A stretch of DNA of 64,000 nucleotides from Sminthopsis crassicaudata (Eukaryota). Where the stretch lies: NCBI RefSeq assembly GCF_048593235.1, contig NC_133619.1:637772558-637836557 (forward strand), in the 5' to 3' direction. Shown piece by piece: positions 1 through 9,629 of this stretch; the stretch's first letter is position 1, and the number at the start of each line of letters is the position of its first letter. The position numbers were made by a program, and so were the translations under genes. Below the pieces are notes generated by a model. It did not search any database. It saw nothing but the letters and a program-made list of their open reading frames with translations, and was not told the DNA's origin.

Positions 1-706
1 ATAGGATGGAGGGAGCAAATATGGAGGAGGATTGGGGAAATGATAGGTAGGGAGATGGGAAAAGTTGGGAGAGGGAGAAAGAGGAAGAGGGAAAAGAGTT
101 AGGGGGAGAAGAAAGAGAGGGAAGGGATCAGAAGAAGAAGAGGCGGAACCAGAGAGAAAGATGAGGAGAGAGAAACAGAGACAAAGGGGGAAGAACAGAG
201 AGAACAGGGGATAGAAAGAGATAAGAGAAGACAGGAATGGAGGGGGAGGAGGACAGAAAAATGATGGGTCGGTCCAAAAAGGAAGTATAATATAGAGATG
301 GAGGAAGAGATGAGAATAGGCCGGGAGGGAGGGGAAGAGAAAGGTGCTGGGGAAGGGAAAAGAGACAGGGAAAATTGATCTAAATAGAGAAGGTAAGGGA
401 AAGATTTGGAGAAAATTTGGTAGGGTAAGAAAGGGGAGAAAGAAGAAGCTGAGAGTAAAAGATTGGAGGGGAGACGGAGGAAAAAGGGAGAGATGCGCTG
501 GAGAAGGAGAGCCGGCATAAAGAGATCCAAGGGAGAAAGAAGGGAAGGAAAAGGGGGCGTGTTGGAAGGAAAGGGGGAGATGTGCCGGGAAGAGGCCGCG
601 AGGAGGGAAGTTGCGCACCCGGGGCGAGCTCAGGAGCTGCTGCTTTTGTGGAACCACTGGCTACAAGAGCCGCTTGCTGTCAACCTCCCTTAGGCTGAAC
701 CTTGCT

Positions 707-839
707 CTTTCAGTTTCCCTTTCCTGGTACCCCCCTTCTTACCTGAAGACACCTGGCCCCGCCCCTTCCGCAGCGGGATTTTTGGAATCTGTTTCCACTT
801 TTCATACATCAGAGGATTATCCGGCTCTGCCGCTTAAAA
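707..839 (+). promoter_or_regulatory. Proximal promoter of IFNL copy 1: ISRE/IRF element, GC box, TATA-like TTAAAA
   Basis: ctttcAGTTTCccTTTCc at 707-724 reads GAAA-GG-GAAA-CT-GAAA on the - strand. A GC box ccccgcccc lies near 757-765 and ttaaaa at 834-839. Confidence 0.7.
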
Positions 840-893
840 GTGCAGGGATGAAGCGGTCTCCTGCATCACTTGTCACCTCACTTCTCCAAGGCC

Positions 894-2211
894 ATGAGGA
901 CTCCGCAGACTCTCCCGCTGCTGCTTTGTGCCCTGATGTCAGGGGCGATTTCGAAGTCCCTGGCCCCGACTCCCAGCAGCCTTCCCCCCGAGAGGAGCTT
1001 CCAGATCAGCCACTTCAAGTCTCTTTCGCCTCGGGAGCTGGAAACCTTCAAGGTGGCCCAGAATGCCTACGTGAGTTCCTGGAGTGATTTTTGTACCCCA
1101 CTCCTCCCATCCCTCACTTCCCGGGGTCTAACCTCGACCTCTTTTACTGCGCTCTAATATTATCTCTGGCACTGAGATCTAACCTTCATTTTTCCTTCTT
1201 GAACTCTGTCGCTTTCTCTGTTTCTAACCTCCGTCCTACATCGCAAGGACCTAGAAGAGTCACAAGCCTTTAACTCTTTCCTCTTCATCCCCCAAAGGAG
1301 AAGATCATGATTCAGACGGAGAGGAAATGTAGCTCCCGATTCTTCCACAGAAACTGGGACCTTCGGCAGCTGCCGGTAAGAAGGGGCGCTCCCCACCTGT
1401 CAGTCCCCCATCGCCTGTCTCCGAAATCTGTAGCCTCCCCATTTCTCTTCCCCCATCTGTCGGTCCTCCCCGTCTCCTTCCCCTGTCCCCTTCATCAGCC
1501 TCTCCCTCACATCGCCTCTCATCTCTCCCCTCACAGCCGTCCGTCCGGCCCCTGGTCTTACAGGCTGAGCTGAAATTGACTCTGAACGTCTTGAAAGCCG
1601 TAACCAAGCCTGAGCTGGACAGAGTTCTGGCTCAACCCCTACAAACGCTCAGCCACATCTACCAAGAGATCCAAAGCTGTGTGAGTACTGGAGGATGGGC
1701 GGGGCTCCCCTGGACCAATGGGCATGGAGCTGTTCCCTGTCTCTCAGGCGCCTCTGTCCCTTGCAGTGAGGCTGAGAGGCTGCAATACCTGGATTCCTCC
1801 CTCTCCCCCCACCCATCAAGTACCCGAGTTCCCCTTCTCTTTTATCAAGTCCATCCTCTCCCTACACAGGTTACTTCCAGGCCCTCTAAGGAACACAGGC
1901 CTCCAGGCCGCCTGAAGAATTGGCTGAACAAGCTCAGTGAGGCCAGAAAGGTGAGTCAGGAAAGCTTCAGATCTACGGAGGGCACCCGGGGATGGAGGGG
2001 AGGAGTCAGAGGGGACCCCAGAGCCTGGGCAGCAAGAGACTCTGCCCACCCCCCAGAGAGGAGGAGGACTCTGGATTGCCCAGAGGAACCTTACCCCTGT
2101 GTCTCTTCTCTTTAGGAGCCTTACAATTGCCTAGAAGCATCGATCATGCTCAATCTCTCCGGAATCCTGATCCAAGACCTCCGATGTGTAGCCTATGGGG
2201 ACCTCTGTTGA
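894..2211 (+). CDS. IFNL: Interferon lambda (type III IFN) copy 1, 5 exons, 191 aa; divergent A-type (Cys36Phe, helix F NLSGILI)
   Basis: Exons 894-1070, 1298-1375, 1537-1680, 1870-1950 and 2116-2211 have GT-AG phase-0 introns. The product has a hydrophobic signal peptide and the IFN-lambda motifs HFKSLSPREL, WDLRQL, AELKLTL..L, QPLQTLSHI, GRLKNWL..L.EA and CLEASIMLNL...DLRCVA.GDLC*. Exon sizes match the human IFNL architecture. Confidence 0.95.
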
Positions 2212-2261
2212 AGATGCAGACTCAACCTGATGTCTGAGCCTGGACTTTTGCACTCCAAACT

Positions 2262-2385
2262 TTATTTATGGACCAATACCCTTCTAATATATTTATTCCT
2301 TCCACCCCCCAACAACCACATACTTTATATGCCACAGGATAGTTTTGTGCTTTTGTATTTTTTTTTCTATATTTTGTTAAATAAA
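2262..2385 (+). terminator. IFNL copy 1 3'UTR AU-rich elements and poly(A) signal
   Basis: ttatttat at 2262-2269, a second tatttatt near 2290 and AATAAA at 2380-2385. The same arrangement follows all five copies. Confidence 0.7.
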
Positions 2386-2439
2386 TAAGAAAACACAAAA
2401 AAATCGAAGGCCTGTCTGTTGTTTTGTAGTTGTTTTCTG

Positions 2440-2760
2440 TGTGACAGTTTGTGGCTATGAGCTAGTGTGGTTGTGGATTTCTGTGTATCTGTGAGCAGGT
2501 GGGATTGTGGATTTGTGGGTTTGTGTGTGTACTTGAGGATCTGTGTATGGCTGTGAACAGGTAGGGTTATGGATTTGTGAGCACAGTTGTGGGTTTGTGT
2601 ATATAGTCAAAAGGTCTGAGTATGGCCGTGAGCTGTTGGGATTGTGAGTCTGTCTATGTGTGTGTATGTAGTTGTAGGTTTGTGTATGGCTGTGAGCTGG
2701 TGGGATTATGGATTTGTATGTATGGCTATAATGTGGGAATGTGGGAATGTGTTCAGTGAC
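2440..2760. repeat. Degenerate TG-rich minisatellite downstream of IFNL
   Basis: Recurrent units like gtatggctgtgagctggtgggattgtg. Paralogous arrays of different length lie near 21240-21420, 29490-29810, 48290-48470 and 56530-56860. Confidence 0.7.
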
Positions 2761-3789
2761 CTGGATCTCAGTGTGGGTGCAGTCTGGGTCTCCTTTGACC
2801 TTTCTTGTGGGCTCCACTTTGCTGGGAAAGTAGTACCTGGGATGGAAAATTAGATGATTGCATCGAATAGGGTCTCAAGTCAATCAATACTGGCTGACTC
2901 TGAGTGAGCCCCTTGGGCATAGGTGATAGGGACCGGGCAGTCAGGGTGCCCTCTTAGAGGAGCCAGCTGGATGCTGGAGTTGGGAGACCATTAGACATAA
3001 GGAGACTTCTTGATTCAGTGTCCTCCCATCAGAAAGAAGACAGTCCATGGGATTTGTGCAGAACAAAGACCTTATGGTATTTACACACTAATTTGGTTCT
3101 TCCTCTTCCCCAATCAGATCAATTGAAGATAGAGCATAAAGTAAGGGGGGAGCAGAAAACAGAGTAATGAAGGAAATGCTTATTAAATAACAAATTATTG
3201 CAGAGATTTCTGACCTTACCCAGAATATGGGCTACCTATCATGTCAAGTTGCAGTTGTTTCCCCATCCAAATAGAAAAACCTTTCAAAGAGATTCTAGTC
3301 CCAAGAAATCCAATCTTCTCTGTTTTAGTCTGCCAAAACTGAGTAGAGGCAGACCCCCTTTTGTCAAGACTTCCCATGTAGGGGTAGTTTGGATAAGAGT
3401 GAAGTCCCTTTGTCTAATACTGAGTGATCCAATCAAGTTTCCCCATTCCCTCATTAGAATAAGCCCACCTCTCATTATAATATTCATTCTTCTCATTAAT
3501 TGTTAACCTATCACAGTTATTGCCATCCTTAAGAACAACTAGTCTTCCAAGTGTATATGAGCATTGACTGGATTCTATAAGTGGTCTCTGGCACTCAGAA
3601 ATGCTTCTGACCTAAAGGGCAAAGACCACTTTAAAATAATTAGCTGCTATATGTATATGTGTGTGTGTGTGGGCGGTGAGTGTGAATATATATATCTGTG
3701 CTTACCAGTAGCTTACTTGGGAAAGGTGTAGGGAGAATAAAAGTGTAACCTACAGGGAACCAAAGGTAAACCCTCATGAATATTTTTTC

Positions 3790-5040
3790 AATGGTTATAT
3801 ATGCTTTCTTGAAATGAAAATTTTCTACATTTTGAATCTCTCTGATGTTCTGCTGGGCACATGTTTTGTTTTGTTTTTTTACTTTCCTTTTTTGTCCTTT
3901 TTCTTTATGTTAAAATACATATTAAATCCAATATATATATTTATACAATATATGTATTTATACATATATTTATACAGTTATCTTGTTGCACAAGAAAAAT
4001 TAGATCAAGAAGGAAGAAATAGAAAAACTGAGGAAGAAAACAAAATGCAAGCAAATAATGACAGAGAAAGTGAGAATGCTATGTTGGGGTCCACACTCTG
4101 CTCCCACAGTTCTCTCTCTAGTGTAGGTGGGTCTCTACATCACTGAACAAGTGGAACTGGTTTGAATCATCTCATTGTTGAAGAGAGCCACATCCATCAG
4201 AATTGATCATGGTATAGTCTTGTATAATTATCTCCTGGTTCTGCTCATTTCACTCAGCATTAGTTCATGTAAGTCTCTCCAAGTCTCTCTGAAATCATAC
4301 TGCTGATCATTTCTTACAGAACACTCATATTCCATAACATTCAGATACCACAATTTATTCAGTCATTCTTTAATTGATGGCCATCCACTCAGTTTCCATT
4401 TTCTGGCCACTATGAAAAGAGCTGCCACAAACATTTTTGCAAATGTGGGTCCCTTTCCCTCCTTTATGATCTCTTTGGAATATAAGCCCAGTAGTAACAC
4501 TGCTGAATCAAAGGATATGCACAGTTTATAATTTTTTTGAGAATAGTTCCAAAGTGCTCTCCAGAATGGTTGGATTTGTCCACATTTCCAACAATATGGT
4601 AACAATATGGTATCAGTGTCCCAATTTTTCCAAATCCCCTTCACCATTCAACATCATCTTTTCCTGTCATCTTGGCTAATCTAGAGGTATGTAGTGTTAT
4701 CTCAGAATTGTCTTAATTTGCTTTTCTCTGATCAATAGTGATTTGGAGCACCTTTTCATGTGACTGCAAATAATTTCAATTTCTTCATCTGAAAATTGTC
4801 TGTTCATATCCTTTGACCATTTATCACTTGAAGAATGACTTGAACTATTATAAATTTGAGTCAATTCTCTATATATTTTAAAAATAAGGCCTTTATCATA
4901 TTCTTTGTATGTGAAGATGTTTTCCCAGTTTATTGCTTCCCTTCTAATCTTGTCTGCATTAGTTTTGTTTTATCCAATAACTTTTTAACTTAATTTAATG
5001 AAAATTATTTATTTTGTAATCAATAATGATCTTCAATTCT
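3790..5040 (-). mobile_element. Old L1 3' fragment (ORF2 C-terminus plus 3'UTR)
   Basis: Degenerate ORF2 C-terminal peptides ([53 protein letters not shown]) in broken frames. Paralogues lie near 22480-23645, 30850-32090 and 49530-50695. Ends are approximate. Confidence 0.85.
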
Positions 5041-5848
5041 TTGGTCTTCTGTCCTCTTTCTAGATTTTTAAAAATTATTTTGTATTTAGGTCAATAAAAA
5101 AGATGTGCTAGCAATAATCTAATTATTAATTACCCAGAAGCTAAGTCTGTTGAACTTTTTATGTCATAGTAAGCAGGTAATAAGACATCATCAGAGTGAA
5201 AGTCACTGTATCCTATTATCTCTTTAGGAAGTGTGAAGGGTCCCTGATTAAATTGGAAGGGAATCCAAGCATTGGATACTTGAAAATCGGATATGACCTC
5301 GGTATCTCTGAGAAGACAAAGCCTGCTGCCTTTGATGAGAGCTAAGCAGTTCTAGGAAGAAGTTTGATTCCCAACTTTGTGAATCACAGCACTTTCACTT
5401 CTACCAGAGGAAAGGGCAGGGCCATAGTGGAGCCAGTGATTGATTTTTTCCCTCCCTCCATCATCAAGCCATGACTTTTTGCAGAGGCACTATTAATATA
5501 GGAGGATATGCCATAACCAATTCAAAATCTGGTTTAGCCCACAACTCCCTGGGTTGCTTCTGGACTCAGTCAGTCTTCCACCATGAAATGGCCTTTTTCA
5601 CTCTAAATGTTTCACAGGTAGTCAGTAACCATTTATTAAATGCTTACTGGATTTCAGGCATTAAGCTCTAGAAATTAAAAAAAAAAAAAAAAAGGTAAGG
5701 AATAATCATCTGATGGATGAATTCATCACTGAATCTTTTTTTTCAGGAAACACCAGTGCCACCCAAGCTGATTTTAAAATTTATTTTAATAGTATTTTAT
5801 TTTTTCCAAATACATGCAAAGATAGTTTGGTTCCCCCCCCCCCCCAAG

Positions 5849-5974
5849 TTGGGGTTAAGTGACTTGCCCAGGGTCACACAGCTAGGAAGTGTTAAGTGTC
5901 TGAGACCACATTTGAACTCCGGTCCTCCTGAATTCAAGGCTGGTGCTCTATCCACTTCACCACCTAGCTGCCCC
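5849..5974 (-). mobile_element. tRNA-derived marsupial SINE (WSINE1-like)
   Basis: The reverse complement reads ggggcagctaggtgg...gagttcaaatgtggtctcagacacttaacacttcctagctgtgtgaccctgggcaagtcacttaacccc. Direct repeats gatagttt flank it at 5821-5828 and 5975-5982. A copy lies at ~32893-33018. Confidence 0.85.
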
Positions 5975-6009
5975 GATAGTTTTTTTTTTAATTAAAATTT
6001 TTTATTTTC

Positions 6010-7784
6010 TCCAAAGAGATCTTAAAGGAGGGAAAGGACCCACAGGTTAAAAAAAATGTGTGTACTATCCCTTTTAGTAGTAGCAAAAAACTGGAAATTG
6101 AGTAGATGGATGCCCATCAATTGCAGAATGGCTGAATAAATTGTGGTATATAAATGTTATGGAATGTCATTGTTCTGTAAAAAATGACCAGCAGGATGAT
6201 TTCAGAGACGTCTGGAGAGACTTACATGAACTGATGCTGAGGGAAGTAGAAGTAGGAGATCATTGTACACATTGATCAATTCTGATGGTAGTGGCTCTCT
6301 TCAACAATGAGATGACTCAAACCAGTTCCAATGATCTTGTGATAGAGAGAGCCATTTGCCCTCAGAGAAGGGACTGTGGGAATTGAGTGTGGATCACAAC
6401 ATAGTGTTTTCACTCTTTGTTTGTTGTTTACTTGCATTTTATTTTCTTAAAGTTTTTTTCCTTTTTATTATGCCCAAAAAGTTATCAAACTGTGTATATC
6501 CTTTGATCCAGCACTGCTACTACTGGGCTTATATCCCAAGGAAATAATACTAAAGAAGGGAAAGGGACCTGTATGTGCCAAAATGTTTGTGGCAGCCCTT
6601 TTTGAAGTGGCTAGAAACTGGAAAATGAATGGATGCCCCTTAATTGGAGAATGGTTGGGTAAATTATGGTATATAAATGTTATGGAATGTTATTGTTCTG
6701 TAAGAAATGACCAGCAGGATGAATACACGGAGGCTTGGAGAGACTGACAGGAACTGATGCTGAGTGAAATGAGCAGAACTGGGAGATCATTATACACTTC
6801 AACAACAATACTATATGAGGATGTATTCTGATGGAAGTGGATATCTTCAACATAGAGAAGATCTAATCCAGTTCCAATTGATCAATGATGGACAGATTCA
6901 GCTACACCCAGAGAAGGAACACTGGGATATGAATGTAAACTGTTTGCATTTTTTTTTTTTGCTCCCCAGCTTATTTTTACCCTCCGAATCCAATTCTTCC
7001 TTTGCAACAACAACAACAACAAAAATTTGGTTCTGCACACATATATTGTACCTAGGATATACTATAACATATTTAATATGTATAGGAGTGCCTGCCATCT
7101 AGGGGAGGGGGTGGAGGGAAGGATGTGAAAAATTCGGAACAGAAGGGAGTACAAGGGATAATGTTGTAAAAAATCTGTGCATATGTACTGTCAAAAAAAG
7201 TTATAATTATAAAATTAATTTAAAAAAATAAATAAATAAAAGTTTTTTCTTTTTGATTTGATTTTTCTTGTGTGTGAAGCAAGATAATTGTATAAGTATG
7301 TATGCATATATTGAATTTAATGTATATTTTACATGCTTAACATATATTAGATTACTTGCCATCTAGGGGAGAGGATGGAGGAAACAGGGGGGGAAACTGA
7401 AACACAAGATTTTCAAGGGTTAATGTGGAAAAATAATCCAACCATATATTTTTTCTTTTTTTCCCCCAAGCATATATTTTTAAAAAGCTTTAATAAAAAA
7501 CTTTTTATTTTCAAAATATATGCCTATCGTTTCAACAATGAGTTGATTTGGGCCATTTCCAATGATCTTGTGATAGAGACAGTCATTTGCACCTAGTGAA
7601 AGGACTGTGAGAAATCAGATTGCATCACAACATAGTGTTTTCACTCTTTTTGTTGTTGTTTGCTTGCATTTTGTTTTCTTTCATATTTTTTTCCTTTTTG
7701 ATCTGGTTTTTCTTGTGCAGTATGATCATTGTGGAAATAAGTATAGAAAAATTACACATGTTTAACATATATTGGATTGCTTGC
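6010..7784 (+). mobile_element. Nested L1 3' fragments
   Basis: Several ORF2 C-terminal and 3'UTR pieces. A younger piece (~6478-7240, ending in an A-rich tail) sits inside an older L1 3'UTR. Duplicated at ~33055-34825. Confidence 0.8.
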
Positions 7785-8348
7785 TGTGAGGGATGTAGAA
7801 GACTCTTATCCAAAATGATTACTCAGAAATCACTCAGTAGAAGGCAGAAAAGTTGTTTATTGAAAACCTCCAGAGGATGACCCGTCCCATCAAGAGATAA
7901 GAAAAAGAAAGCTCAAGGTAAGAGGGCTAAAGAAGTAGTAAAGATACATAGCTTTTCGACAAGAAATTACATCACAAGGAAGAGAGCATTGAGAAGGGGA
8001 GGAGGAGGCATCTAATTGGTTATTGCTATTTGGAGAGATTGGAACGGAAGGTTTCTCTTTCCTAAAAAACTCCTGATTTCTAGAAAATAGAAAATTAGTC
8101 CTTCAGGCTCAATCAAGCAGATAGTAGTCCAGCTAATAGACTAAATATCGATAAATGTCAAATACTGATAAATGTCATCAGTTCAGCTTAAGTAAATACG
8201 GTTATAGCTGGCCAAGGCTCAAGTAAATATGGGCCTGCACATATTATACAGGTCATAGGGGAAACACAGAAATAATGAAAATGAAATACAGAAAAAGAAT
8301 TCACATATTCTTGTAAGTTCTTCACCTTATCTTGCTCTATTCCCCACA
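7785..8348 (-). mobile_element. Solo LTR (564 bp) inserted in an old L1 3'UTR
   Basis: TG...CA termini with imperfect inverted repeats (tgtgaggga / ttccccaca) and a 5-bp TSD cttgc (7780-7784) / tttgc (8349-8353). AATAAA is on the - strand near 7855. The flanks rejoin as the L1 motif ttgccatctagggg. Confidence 0.8.
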
Positions 8349-9629
8349 TTTGCCATCTAGGGGAGGGGGTAAAGAAAAGGAAGGGAAGAAAATTTGAAAC
8401 ACGAGTTTTTGCAAGGGTAAATGTTGAAAATCATCTATGCATATGTTTTGCAAATAAAAGTTTTAATAACAAAAGAAAATAATTAAAAACATACATGCAT
8501 AATTAGTATTAATATTCACCCTTGCAAAATGCAAAGATAACTTTCAACATTCACTTCTGTAAAATTTTGTCCAAATTTTTCTTCCTGTCTTCCCCTCTCT
8601 CCCGACCCAAGAGAGTAAGCAATCTGATACAGATTAAACATGAGCAATTTTCTAAACATATTTCCACATTTTTCATCTTTTCCAAGAAAAAACAGATAAA
8701 AAGGTAAAAAAAAAAAAATGAGAAAAAACAAGGAAACAAACAATAATAACAACAAAAAGATGAAAATAATCTCCTTTCATTCATATTCAGTCTTCATAGT
8801 TCTCTCTCTGGACGCACATGGTATTTTCTATCCCAAGTCTATTGGAATTGCCTGGAATCTGCGCATTATTTAGAAGAGCCAAATCCAGGACAGTTGACCA
8901 TGACATAATCTTGTTGTTACTGTGTGCAGTGTTACTCCAGTTCTGCTCATTTCCCTTAGAATCAGTTCATAAGTCTTTCCAGATCAAATACTATTCAAAT
9001 CAGATTCTAGCCCCTGACTCCCCAGGCTCTTTCCAGATTTCTTGCTTGGAGTACCTCCTGCCCATATTTTTAGCCACTCTCCCCTACTCCACTTTCCCTA
9101 GTTGTCTTCCCTCTTTAGAAGAGAAGCTTCCAGAGGGCAGGGACTTCCTTTTATTTTGTTTATATTTAGCACTAGGTCTGACACCTAGTAAACACTTAAT
9201 AAATGTTATTTCCCCCCTAGCTATTGCTTTTTCTTTTAGTAATTTGGATTTTTTTCATATCTCTGTTGATAACTTGGTTTCTTTCCTTTGAGAACTGCCT
9301 GTTCATATCAATGGGCCACTTCTTAATAGGGGAAGAAATTCACCATTTTTCTTTACAATACTGTTCAGGATATACAATGATTCTTTTTGGAAAAAAAATA
9401 GATTGGTAACTTTTGTTTTAATATCACTTATGTTTTCCCATGTACCTTTCATCCTGTCCTTTCCAGAGAGTCATATATGAACATTTTTTTTTAAGAGAAA
9501 GGAAAAAAATCAAAAGTGATTATGGAATCACTTGAAAAATCTGACTGTGCAAGCATTGCTCTACACCCTTGGCCTCCCAGGCTTGTTCTTTGCAATGCTG
9601 GACTATTTTTTCATGATTGTGGCAGTTCT

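Noticed and set aside
99-530. 143-aa Ser/Leu/Phe/Pro-rich ORF on the - strand and similar ORFs near 19.0-19.6 kb and 46.0-46.7 kb
   Set aside because: Low-complexity artefacts of the purine-rich tracts.
848-1087. Upstream out-of-frame ATG (MKRSPASL...) overlapping IFNL exon 1 in all copies
   Set aside because: It lies only ~10 bp after the TATA-like element, so it is probably upstream of the transcription start. The longer ORFs listed here begin at non-ATG codons in the promoter.
2455-2853. Thr/His-rich and Val/Cys-rich ORFs after IFNL genes
   Set aside because: Translations of the TG-rich minisatellite.
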